From a virus (lineage: Duplodnaviria > Caudoviricetes), in the IMG/VR virus record IMGVR_UViG_3300044856_000190, positions 2,195 through 66,194 of that record: a stretch of 64,000 bases of DNA; one strand, given 5' to 3'. The notes under the pieces are model-generated. The model saw nothing but the letters and a program-made list of their open reading frames with translations, was not told where the DNA came from and ran no database searches. The position numbers were made by a program, and so were the translations under genes. Positions 30,527 through 39,489 of this stretch are shown here, piece by piece (the stretch's first letter is position 1; each line of letters begins with the position of its first letter).

Positions 30527-32062
30527 ATGATGACACTTTCAACTACAGACGTTTTATTCACAGCTTTTGATGCCCTTATTAATGCAGATACGGTGTATAA
30601 TATCGTAAAAACTATTTCTGATGCAGAGGAGAAAGCAAGTCTTCAAATCGAAAATGTATGGGCTGAGAAAAGACCAGAAGAAGAGAAAGCTAAAGAGGAA
30701 CCAAAGAAAGCAACAGAAGAGAAGAAGGCTACTAAAGAGGAGCCAAAGAAAACAGAAGAGGAAAAGGCTAAAGAGGAATTAAAGAAAGCCTCAAAAGTAG
30801 AATCTGATGTTATTTCCCAGGAGGAATTTGAGAAGATCACAAAGGTAGCAAATGAAAAGAACCAGAACCAGTTTGATCTTATTGAGAAATATAATAAGAC
30901 AAATGCATGGGTTAACTATGCAAAGTATTATGTATCTCATGAGGATGCAAATCTGATTGCAGCTGATGATGAAACTCAGGTCTTTGTAAATGGTATTGCT
31001 AATCTTACTGGATATGGAGTTATGTATGAGAAGGCTCCTATTGGAAATATTAAGCAGTATGATCCAAATTTGAATCCATCTTATGATAACCAGTCAACAA
31101 GATTTTTAGTTTGTTATGAGGAATTGCTTGCTAAGTTGATGGATTTAGAATTCAGGAATAAAGTAAAATCAACAAAGGCAGCAAGATCTGTAAATACAGT
31201 AAAAGAAATTGAGATTCAGAAAGAAGCAGAGTCTGATAAAGTTGTATCTAGTGCAGCTGGAAAAGCTAGAGTTGATGAGGATGGATTTATTCATCCAATA
31301 TTCTTTAAGAAAGATGGATCTGTTGATGTTAAAGAGCCATCTCTAGCAGAAACTAAGAAATGTGGAGATGGAATATCTGAAACATTGTTCAACAGATTGG
31401 AGGATGCATTTGTAAGTCTGCTAGCAGATGTTCCGTATTACTACACAACAAAGAATGGATATATCGAGTTGAATGTAGTGCGTAAAGATTGCTTCAATGC
31501 AGTTGATACCTATATTGTAGATTCGGGTGTTATACTTGGTGGTACAAGAATTTCTATTCTTGGATCTTTTGTTAAGCCTGATGGAAATTATGATACAATA
31601 TTCATTGATGTTAAGAAGCATCCAGAGATCACATCTTGCATTCTCTACTCTAAGTTCTATCAGATTACTCCAGAGCAATTCATGGAATGTGTAAAGGATT
31701 TCTTCAATGATACTACAATCTATAGATATATAGATTTTGGAAACACAGGATGGTTCGATGCTTTGGATGAGAAAGATCGCAAGACACTAGAGAATGATCT
31801 TAGTATCATTGTAAAGGATTCTTTAAATGGTACAAGAGCTAATCATGCAGATGGAGCAAGATTCAGATTTGAAGAGTTTAAAGATGTAAACAACTTTAGT
31901 CTGGTTTCTGATGATAAAGTAATATCTCCACTTTGTGCATTTGGAGATACTTCTGTAATTATCTCTAAGAATCTGTCTTATAAGGTTTCTGGAGATGATA
32001 TTATTCGTACTTGTTCAGGAGAGCAGACGAATATCAATCTGAAAGATGCAAAAACAGCATAA
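30527..32062 (+). CDS. abundant early hypothetical protein with K/E/A repeat linker (511 aa)
   Basis: SD AAGGAGG; early promoter and 5' hairpin; EEKAKEEPKK-type repeats near the N-terminus. Confidence 0.75.
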   Translation: MMTLSTTDVLFTAFDALINADTVYNIVKTISDAEEKASLQIENVWAEKRPEEEKAKEEPKKATEEKKATKEEPKKTEEEKAKEELKKASKVESDVISQEEFEKITKVANEKNQNQFDLIEKYNKTNAWVNYAKYYVSHEDANLIAADDETQVFVNGIANLTGYGVMYEKAPIGNIKQYDPNLNPSYDNQSTRFLVCYEELLAKLMDLEFRNKVKSTKAARSVNTVKEIEIQKEAESDKVVSSAAGKARVDEDGFIHPIFFKKDGSVDVKEPSLAETKKCGDGISETLFNRLEDAFVSLLADVPYYYTTKNGYIELNVVRKDCFNAVDTYIVDSGVILGGTRISILGSFVKPDGNYDTIFIDVKKHPEITSCILYSKFYQITPEQFMECVKDFFNDTTIYRYIDFGNTGWFDALDEKDRKTLENDLSIIVKDSLNGTRANHADGARFRFEEFKDVNNFSLVSDDKVISPLCAFGDTSVIISKNLSYKVSGDDIIRTCSGEQTNINLKDAKTA

Positions 32063-32072
32063 GGAGTAACTA

Positions 32073-32849
32073 ATGATGAGAAATGATGATTTCGAATCAT
32101 ATGACAGAATAACAGATACTTTGATGTATCTCAATAATGATATCACCTTAAATTTCACGGTTACTTTTGCAAAAAAGAACCGTGTTGGTGGTAGACAGTT
32201 TTATCATTATGAAACTGAATATGAGGCATCAAAGTATTCTGCTCGTGTCAGATCTATAAAAAGAAATATGACATATTTCTTCGTCATAGACAATAAGCAA
32301 GACTTCGGAAATGGGTTTATATTAAGACCTATGGATGTAGAAATGCTAAACAGGATAATAGAAATGCAAATCCTTCCTTGGTACTTTGATGCTAATAAAA
32401 GAGCATTTCAAATGATAGATGATAAATTGGTTCTAGGACAATATGAACCTGTTATCTATGCTCAATCACAAGCAAAGTATTTAAGATTCGATCCAGTTGT
32501 ATATTCCTATGAAAATGGCACTTTTAAAGAAGGTATAAAGATAGAAGTGAATAAATATGGAGTAGCAACATTGGATATCGATAAATTCATGGGATTTGTA
32601 AATATCTTAAAAACTGATATGTATTGTGCTGCAGCTGAGCTATCTACTTATACGAAATGTCCACCATATGGAATTAATCCATATAGGAGATCAGGATTAG
32701 GTGGAGGTAAACCAGCAGATACATGGGGTAATACAGACCCTACAACAGATAAATCAAATTATACTGTTGAAAGAGACAACAATAATCCAGAAGCAAAAGG
32801 CTATGCAAAAAATAGCTTTCTGGAAAATGCTAAAAAGAAAGGACAATAA
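32073..32849 (+). CDS. hypothetical protein (258 aa), possibly nucleic-acid binding
   Basis: SD AAGGAG; aromatic/basic beta-rich core plus low-complexity tail. Confidence 0.65.
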   Translation: MMRNDDFESYDRITDTLMYLNNDITLNFTVTFAKKNRVGGRQFYHYETEYEASKYSARVRSIKRNMTYFFVIDNKQDFGNGFILRPMDVEMLNRIIEMQILPWYFDANKRAFQMIDDKLVLGQYEPVIYAQSQAKYLRFDPVVYSYENGTFKEGIKIEVNKYGVATLDIDKFMGFVNILKTDMYCAAAELSTYTKCPPYGINPYRRSGLGGGKPADTWGNTDPTTDKSNYTVERDNNNPEAKGYAKNSFLENAKKKGQ

Positions 32850-32850
32850 T

Positions 32851-33528
32851 ATGAAATTATATATTTTCGGATCAGAAACAGAAGATGGAAATTTTGTAAG
32901 ATCCGCTAAGCAGTCAGTATATACTACTGATGATATAGAAGATGCGGTTAGCAAATTCAATAATATGAATATTAATATGCTATTCAAGCATAGCTACTTA
33001 GTAGCTGATTTTGGAGTTGCAAGAAGTGGCTTATTTAAACCTGCTGATTGTGACTCTGATGATGATATTTTGCCGTTCCTGATAATTGGTGAGTATGATT
33101 ATTGGATCAACTCGGATAATCCAACAAAGACTGGCAGAACTGATAAGATTGAAATTGAGATTAATAAAGGAATTTGTAATGAATTCCATAATAATCTTAA
33201 TGCAGTTAGAAGATATTTTGATCTGGTAAATCGAAGCAATACAGGTTGCGATCCATTCAATATGTATATAAGCTATAAAACTATAAAGAATGGATTATTT
33301 AAAGTTACTCGTAGAAGATTTGTTTGCTCTTCTACTCCAGGTACACTTGGTATTAATAAATTCAAGTTATCTCATCTTGATTGGGAAGAGATTCCATTTG
33401 AAAAGAGAAAGCCTCAGTTATACACATTAGATAAACCTTATGTAAATAAGATTACTAATGTTGAAAGTGAGATTAAGATACCAAATGTATTTGTTGAAAG
33501 AGGTCGGATAGTGAATAAATTATCATAA
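32851..33528 (+). CDS. hypothetical protein (225 aa)
   Basis: Start reassigned to ATG 32851 immediately after the previous stop. Confidence 0.7.
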   Translation: MKLYIFGSETEDGNFVRSAKQSVYTTDDIEDAVSKFNNMNINMLFKHSYLVADFGVARSGLFKPADCDSDDDILPFLIIGEYDYWINSDNPTKTGRTDKIEIEINKGICNEFHNNLNAVRRYFDLVNRSNTGCDPFNMYISYKTIKNGLFKVTRRRFVCSSTPGTLGINKFKLSHLDWEEIPFEKRKPQLYTLDKPYVNKITNVESEIKIPNVFVERGRIVNKLS

Positions 33529-33533
33529 AATAT

Positions 33534-33559
33534 CGGGTAGGAGTGTTACCTCCTACCCG
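33534..33559. terminator. bidirectional terminator
   Basis: CGGGTAGGAG/CTCCTACCCG. Confidence 0.8.
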
Positions 33560-33569
33560 TTTTAATTTT

Positions 33570-34292
33570 TTATGTTCTCTTGATATTCTGCTTCTTATTT
33601 TTAGCAGTATATGGAGTCATATAATCAGTATCAATTAAGTTAGAATGGATATGAGATCCAATAAGATATGCATTTAATAAATTCTTTCCGAGAGAATCTG
33701 TTTTTGAAACATTCAACTCGGCATCTGTAACATATCCTTTATTTAAGATCTCACTACTCATCTGTGATGCAGCATTCATAGCATCAGCTTTTGCTCTTGC
33801 AAACTCATCCATTGTGTAATCAAGTCCCATTGTAGCAAGAGACTCAAACTCTCTATCTGTCTCTTTACCACCTTTATCTTCACCTGTAAGAAGACCAGTC
33901 TTCATATCTCTCTTATCAGTATTGATAGAAGTACGGTTCTTTTTGGTAAGCATCTGTTTCATACGTTTCAGATGAATATAGATAACTACGCATGGTTCTG
34001 TTTCAATTGGCTCGCCTTTATCATTTGTATACACATATGGAAGTTTTACCCTTTCAATTAAAGGCTTATTAAGAACTTTGAATCCTTCGATAATTTCATA
34101 CATCTTTGGCTCAACATTAAAAGCTTGAATGTGGAATCTGAAAGGTAATCTTCTTTTACAGAATTCTGTAAAATCCTTATCGCTCATTGAAGCAAATAGC
34201 TTTTTATAGTAATCTGAGTTTGTATGTGATTTATCAGCTGCATCCATTACTTTGTATATAAGCTCTTCAGCTTTTTTACGTTTTGCATCCAT
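33570..34292 (-). CDS. rpoB: RNA polymerase beta extreme C-terminal fragment (240 aa), probably of the virion RNAP
   Basis: YIHLKRMKQML..K...GGKETDREFESLATMGLDYTMDEFARAKAD resembles the beta region I pattern YMLKLxH...GGQRFGEME..AL.AYG...L.E....KSD; the same region is already present in 49144..51366. Confidence 0.7.
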   Translation of the reverse strand: MDAKRKKAEELIYKVMDAADKSHTNSDYYKKLFASMSDKDFTEFCKRRLPFRFHIQAFNVEPKMYEIIEGFKVLNKPLIERVKLPYVYTNDKGEPIETEPCVVIYIHLKRMKQMLTKKNRTSINTDKRDMKTGLLTGEDKGGKETDREFESLATMGLDYTMDEFARAKADAMNAASQMSSEILNKGYVTDAELNVSKTDSLGKNLLNAYLIGSHIHSNLIDTDYMTPYTAKNKKQNIKRT

Positions 34293-34303
34293 TATTAAAC
34301 CTC

Positions 34304-34741
34304 CTAGTAAATTCCTATAATTTTTATTCGATGATACTCTAATTGCCCACCAAAGAAACAGAATAAAAACTTTGTTCCTTTTGGAATTGTAAACGTTTGA
34401 TCTTTAACGGTTAATACATTGATTGGATCACCATTACTTTCATTAATTACTTTTCCTTGTGAATATAGAGTTTCTATGGATAAATTTGCAAAAGGTATTA
34501 CTAAGTATCCTGGTATATTAAGTACAAGATAATTTGTAGTTGTAGATTCTGTACCTACTTGTCTTAATTTTAATTTATCAGTTTTCTCTGTAGGGGTTAA
34601 TAAATTAATATAAAATTTTCCTTGGATACCAGATATAAGATTTACAGAAGAGCATTCTACATCTTCTGCAAGTTCTGCAATTTCAATGGAATTGAATATA
34701 TTATTTTCATAAAAATTTTCAGGATTTCTATCTGAACTCAT
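34304..34741 (-). CDS. hypothetical protein, possibly gp5/VgrG-type OB-fold spike domain
   Basis: Start ATG 34741 (SD GAGAGGTG); C-terminal IPKGTKFLFCFFGG...IIGIY; AACA-N6-TA at 34772-34783. Confidence 0.3.
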   Translation of the reverse strand: MSSDRNPENFYENNIFNSIEIAELAEDVECSSVNLISGIQGKFYINLLTPTEKTDKLKLRQVGTESTTTNYLVLNIPGYLVIPFANLSIETLYSQGKVINESNGDPINVLTVKDQTFTIPKGTKFLFCFFGGQLEYHRIKIIGIY

Positions 34742-34771
34742 TTTTAACACCTCTCTAAACCTATCTATAAT

Positions 34772-34783
34772 TAATATAGTGTT
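34772..34783 (-). promoter_or_regulatory. AACA-N6-TA promoter of the operon carrying the 240-aa beta fragment
   Basis: AACA CTATAT TA. Confidence 0.65.
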
Positions 34784-34828
34784 TTTCGGTTAACAACTAA
34801 ACAACTTTTAAAAAAGGAGATATAAATT

Positions 34829-35323
34829 ATGTACTATTCAATGAATGGAAAGATGATTTTTTCGTCTATAGACGATTTAAATTATAACTTATTTAATGAG
34901 ATTGGATTATCAGTAAGACCTGATCAATATGTATATGATCAGGATACAGGAAACGTAATCCAATTTAAAGAGAGATTATTAAAGGCATCTATTAATGGTG
35001 CTCCTGTATATGCAGGTAATCGAGATATTATATTTGAGCCTGATAAGAATTATGCTCTTATGGCTTGTCTGTTTGGAATGTATCTTGATAAAGCTCAGCA
35101 TTCTGATGATGGAGATTTATTACAAGGATACATTGCTCATTATGTATTTGATGATGAAACTCGCACAAAACAGCAGGTGGTTGTAAAGACTGTTGGAAGA
35201 GGAGAAATTGCTTCTAAATTCTACTACAATGTATATCTTGGATATATTGAATGTATATTCCTTATATCTGGTTCAGAAGTAGATTTATCAAACTTTGATA
35301 TTCCTAAAGAAAAGGAGAAATAA
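34829..35323 (+). CDS. hypothetical protein (164 aa)
   Basis: SD AAGGAG; near-consensus AACA-N6-AA upstream. Confidence 0.75.
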   Translation: MYYSMNGKMIFSSIDDLNYNLFNEIGLSVRPDQYVYDQDTGNVIQFKERLLKASINGAPVYAGNRDIIFEPDKNYALMACLFGMYLDKAQHSDDGDLLQGYIAHYVFDDETRTKQQVVVKTVGRGEIASKFYYNVYLGYIECIFLISGSEVDLSNFDIPKEKEK

Positions 35324-35325
35324 AA

Positions 35326-36531
35326 ATGAATATAGTGCTAAATCCAGGTCAAGAGAAAATAAAGAATGAAGCTGTAAATTGGTTTCTCAACAGCTCAGAG
35401 CAATTATTTGAAATTGATGGATTAGCAGGTACTGGAAAATCAGTATTAATAGCAGCAATTCTTAATGAATTAGGTTTACCTTATCACCAGTATATGCCGA
35501 TGGCATATACTGGTCAAGCTTCTATTATTATGAGAACGAAAGGATTTATTACTGCTAGATCTATTCATTCAAGTTTATATGAAGTTGTGGAAACTTTTAA
35601 TCCTGATGATTCTATAACTGCTAGATTTGGTATTCCTGCTAAAAAGAGAGAATTTCGATTAAGGAAATTCATAGATCCAAACGTTCGTTTATTTTTTATC
35701 GATGAGGCTTATATGGTTCCAAAGCATATGGTTCAAGATATCTTATCATTTGGAGTTAAAACAATTGTTTGTGGTGATGCTCATCAGTTACCACCAGTTG
35801 GAGATGATCCTGGATTCTTAACTGGATATGGTATACATCACCTTACTCAATTAATGAGACAATCTACAGATAATCCAATTATATATCTAGCTAATAGAGT
35901 TATCGATGGATTACCAATTCATAATGGACTATATGGAAATGATGTATTGGTTATAGATGAAGATGAAGTTATTCCTCAGATGTTTGGATGTGTTGATTGT
36001 ACATGCTGTGGTACAAATAAAACAAGAGAATCTGTGAATAATTATGTAAGGAATCTTGCAGAATTTCATGGAATATTACCACATGCTGGAGAACGTGTAA
36101 TTTGTAGAAATAATAACTGGGATATTAATATTGATGGTATTGCTTTGGCAAATGGATTATGTGGTACAGTATTAAATAATCCTGTTGGATTTAGAGGAGA
36201 TACATTTAATATTGATTTCCTACCTGATTTAACTCCAAATGTTTTTCCAGGAATTAATGTAAATTATAAGTATTTTTCAGCTCCAGCAGATCAAAAGAAT
36301 GTATTGAAAAATTCTTATGAAAGAAAATATATGCAAGGGGAGTTCTTTGATTATGCTTATGCTCTTACAACACATTTATCTCAAGGTGGAGAATATAATA
36401 ATGTCATGTATATAGAAGAATTTCTTCAGCAACAGATTCAAAAGCAACTTAATTATACAGGAATTACAAGAGCAAAGAATAAACTGATTTATGTTAAAAA
36501 GAAGAAAAAGATATGGTCAGGTGGATTCTAA
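35326..36531 (+). CDS. dda: SF1B Dda/RecD-like helicase
   Basis: GLAGTGKS, IDEAYMV, GDAHQLPPV, LTQLMRQ, YALTTHLSQGGEY and YTGITRAK motifs. Confidence 0.9.
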   Translation: MNIVLNPGQEKIKNEAVNWFLNSSEQLFEIDGLAGTGKSVLIAAILNELGLPYHQYMPMAYTGQASIIMRTKGFITARSIHSSLYEVVETFNPDDSITARFGIPAKKREFRLRKFIDPNVRLFFIDEAYMVPKHMVQDILSFGVKTIVCGDAHQLPPVGDDPGFLTGYGIHHLTQLMRQSTDNPIIYLANRVIDGLPIHNGLYGNDVLVIDEDEVIPQMFGCVDCTCCGTNKTRESVNNYVRNLAEFHGILPHAGERVICRNNNWDINIDGIALANGLCGTVLNNPVGFRGDTFNIDFLPDLTPNVFPGINVNYKYFSAPADQKNVLKNSYERKYMQGEFFDYAYALTTHLSQGGEYNNVMYIEEFLQQQIQKQLNYTGITRAKNKLIYVKKKKKIWSGGF

Positions 36532-36580
36532 AATATCTTAAGGTTATATATTATAAATATGAAAAGAGGTGAATAAATTT

Positions 36581-37156
36581 ATGTATGATGAGCAAAACAA
36601 ACCAATGTCTCCTGTAGAATTTCATGAGAAAGGATACAAAGAAAATCCATTAGTATTTATGGATAAAGATGTAAATACTCCTAATAATTTTGCTATTCTA
36701 AAAACAACAGAAAATGGCAAATATGTAAGAGGTAATAGATTATTCTATTCTTTTAATGGTGTTGAGATTTACACTGAGCTGAACAACGTAATATTTGTCA
36801 ATGTAGAAGCAAAAACCATGTTTATCCAAAATTATGAAAAGGTAATTAATCAGATTTCTCCAACAGATCCAGAGAAAAAAGAATATATTATCTTATATAC
36901 AGATTTGGGATATGAGAATACTGATGAAGAGTTTCCATTAAGATGGGAAGCAGTAACTGGTAGAACAATGTGCTATGAGTCTATAAAGTCAAATGCTCCA
37001 GTTATAGACGTTGATAAATCTCTGGTATTAACAGAAACAGTTCCGTTAAAAGATAGTTTAACTGTAAGACAGTTTATGAATTATCTTAAAAACTCTAATA
37101 TCATTAATGATGAAAGTTTTGAAATTAATGATTTTAGTGGATCTGAATATATTTAA
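36581..37156 (+). CDS. early hypothetical protein with two N-terminal P-[VL]-x-F motifs
   Basis: Start likely ATG 36581 (SD GAGGTG); early promoter at 36545-36557. Confidence 0.75.
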   Translation: MYDEQNKPMSPVEFHEKGYKENPLVFMDKDVNTPNNFAILKTTENGKYVRGNRLFYSFNGVEIYTELNNVIFVNVEAKTMFIQNYEKVINQISPTDPEKKEYIILYTDLGYENTDEEFPLRWEAVTGRTMCYESIKSNAPVIDVDKSLVLTETVPLKDSLTVRQFMNYLKNSNIINDESFEINDFSGSEYI

Positions 37157-37170
37157 ATAGGAGAAAAAAG

Positions 37171-37596
37171 ATGGCAAATAATTTTAATTATATCACTCAA
37201 CAGATTTCTAAAAATGGTACCGAATGGATTGCAGCTTTGCGTCCTGAAGATATTCAAAGACAAGCAAAACGTATTGTTAGAGATATGGTTAGAGGATCTA
37301 TTAAATATGAGGAAGTAGGAATGTATTTCCTTGATATGAAATTCTTAGAGAATTTAATCATAGGAATCAAAAATGAACTGGACATCAATATAATGAATTA
37401 TAATGCGTGTTGTTTTCAGTATCAGTATTATCCAATGATTCCTAATTTAGGAAATCATATTACAGCTTTATCCAATGCAATTACTGTATATCAAACAGTA
37501 ATGAATAAATTGAATATTGTTAAATCTAGTGGTAATATTGGTAGTTTGGTAGATATAACTGGATTATTATTCAAATATAAAAATTATATTAATTAA
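37171..37596 (+). CDS. hypothetical protein (141 aa)
   Basis: SD AGGAG. Confidence 0.75.
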   Translation: MANNFNYITQQISKNGTEWIAALRPEDIQRQAKRIVRDMVRGSIKYEEVGMYFLDMKFLENLIIGIKNELDINIMNYNACCFQYQYYPMIPNLGNHITALSNAITVYQTVMNKLNIVKSSGNIGSLVDITGLLFKYKNYIN

Positions 37597-37608
37597 GGAG
37601 GCGCAATT

Positions 37609-38136
37609 ATGACACCAGAACAGTGCAAAAAATTTATGGCTGCTGTAAAAGCAGCTGATATGCATTCATATGAATTTGATTGCGATACAGGTACTCGATA
37701 TTTACATGATGGAAAAACTACAATTACAAAAGTTGATTATGCTGATAATCAGGTTGTATGTTTCCGTAATATGGGTACATATGGTGGAGCTACTAGACAG
37801 TATGAGGGTAATGTAGAAATTATCTGTTCTAACTTTGATGATATTCATGCAGTTAGATCAGCTGGATCATATGAGCAGGTTAAGAAATTCATTGAATCTG
37901 CAGGATTAGATTTATCTAATGATGAGATGAAAGTAATTTTGACAATTGATAAACATAACGTAGATATAAAACCTATTACGGGTGACTATATTAATGGCTT
38001 TAAGTATCTTTCTAGGCGTGAGTATTCTGAATTATCTGATGAAGATAAGAAGGAATATGATGCTAAGAAAGAAGCTTATGAGAAAGCCAAAGCCAATTAT
38101 ATTGGCAAAAATAAAGCAGCACAGATTACTCTGTAA
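37609..38136 (+). CDS. hypothetical protein (175 aa)
   Basis: SD AAGGAGG. Confidence 0.75.
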   Translation: MTPEQCKKFMAAVKAADMHSYEFDCDTGTRYLHDGKTTITKVDYADNQVVCFRNMGTYGGATRQYEGNVEIICSNFDDIHAVRSAGSYEQVKKFIESAGLDLSNDEMKVILTIDKHNVDIKPITGDYINGFKYLSRREYSELSDEDKKEYDAKKEAYEKAKANYIGKNKAAQITL

Positions 38137-38189
38137 TCTTGCTTAAATATATTATTAGTAAAAAATTACAGGCTAAAGTAATTTATAAT

Positions 38190-38235
38190 AATATATTATA
38201 ATACTGAATATAACGAGAAGATGTAAGTCTTCTCG
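38190..38235 (+). promoter_or_regulatory. early-type promoter plus 5' hairpin
   Basis: AATATATTATAAT; CGAGAAGAT/GTCTTCTCG. Confidence 0.6.
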
Positions 38236-38293
38236 ATTATATTTTCTTTCGAAAGAAGATCAAATATATTAAAAACTAAAGGAGGACAAAAAC

Positions 38294-39187
38294 ATGTTTG
38301 ATCAAACACAGAACAACCCATATTTCAACGGAATGGCAATGCCAGGAAACTATCAGTATAACGGACAGCAGATGCCTAAGATTCAGAACGTCTTATCTCC
38401 AGAGGAGATCAAGGCTCTTCAGCAGCAGAAAGATAAGTTCAATTTAGGACTTACTGAGAAGGAATCATTACAGGGCGCTTGTAACCATCGTTCAGCTGAT
38501 GGAATGAAAGATGCATTAAGTATCGATCCAGTAACTGGATTAGTTCACTGCTCAATTTGTGGTTATCAGTTCAAGCCAATTGATGAGAACACATCTTATG
38601 ATGACATCAAGGCAGCTACAGATCAGGTTGTAGATATCTTACAGACAATCAAGCTTATCTACACAGATATTCCACATGATGCAGCAAGAGAGTACTTCCA
38701 GATCATTCCACTGATTGAGAAGATCCCACAGTTATTCAAGTATGCATCTAAGTCATTCGCTAAGTATGACGTAAATGGATGGACATACAACAACAATAAC
38801 ATGGGTGGTATCCAGATGCTTCAGAACCTGAGCAACATGTTCGGTGGTGGAATGCCTCAGCAGCCATATCCAAATATGATGGGTGGTATGCCACAGCAGA
38901 ATCCACAGATGGCTCAGCCAGGAATGATGGCAGGATATCCAAATCCAGTATATCAGCAGCCTATGGGAATGCCACAGATGGCTCCTCAGCAGAATCCATT
39001 CGGATTTAATGGCGCTAGCCAGATGCCTCAGCAGGGTTATCAGCCAGCTACTCAGGGATTCGCTTATCAGCCAAACCAGACATCAACTCCAGTAAATCCT
39101 ACAGCAACACCAGCAGGAACAGCACCAGCAGCTCCTACAGCAGATGCTAAGGTCGGAGCTACAGTGACAAAGGATGTTACAGTGTAA
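38294..39187 (+). CDS. Zn-binding protein with prion-like Q/P/M/G/N-rich termini (297 aa)
   Basis: CNH...CSIC ligand set; C-terminal third made of PQQ/MPQ/GY repeats; early promoter, 5' hairpin, SD AAGGAGG. Confidence 0.7.
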   Translation: MFDQTQNNPYFNGMAMPGNYQYNGQQMPKIQNVLSPEEIKALQQQKDKFNLGLTEKESLQGACNHRSADGMKDALSIDPVTGLVHCSICGYQFKPIDENTSYDDIKAATDQVVDILQTIKLIYTDIPHDAAREYFQIIPLIEKIPQLFKYASKSFAKYDVNGWTYNNNNMGGIQMLQNLSNMFGGGMPQQPYPNMMGGMPQQNPQMAQPGMMAGYPNPVYQQPMGMPQMAPQQNPFGFNGASQMPQQGYQPATQGFAYQPNQTSTPVNPTATPAGTAPAAPTADAKVGATVTKDVTV

Positions 39188-39210
39188 TACTTAAATCATT
39201 AAAAGATTCA

Positions 39211-39238
39211 AGGTGGTAGGGAGAAATCTCTACCACCT
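39211..39238 (+). terminator. intrinsic terminator
   Basis: AGGTGGTAG/CTACCACCT plus T tract. Confidence 0.8.
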
Positions 39239-39489
39239 CTTTTAATGCTTTTAAGTATTACAATTTATATTATAAAATAATACATAAATCTAATTTATTT
39301 TTTAAACCTCGTGGGTTTATACGAGAATTGTTTTTTATATTCGTTTATAACACTTCAGTGTGTGTAAACTATCGAATATAGATTCATTCAGAAAGATATT
39401 AATAAAAAAGATTTATATGAACTTGCCAATAAGTATGACTGATACTCAGCATATTTTATAATATATTCATCTTAGGAGGTAACAGAAAA

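Noticed and set aside
30670-30790. Short imperfect DNA repeats
   Set aside because: They encode the EEKAKEEPKK peptide linker; not a CRISPR array, VNTR or DGR-type repeat
30527-32062. Possible chimallin (nuclear shell) or tubulin gene among the abundant early proteins
   Set aside because: No recognisable ChmA or PhuZ (GGGTGSG) motifs; cannot be supported without profile searches
39240-39489. 250-nt gap before gyrB as a possible ncRNA or small gene
   Set aside because: It contains a late-type promoter variant (39349) and only a start-less protein-like fragment; no convincing stem structure found
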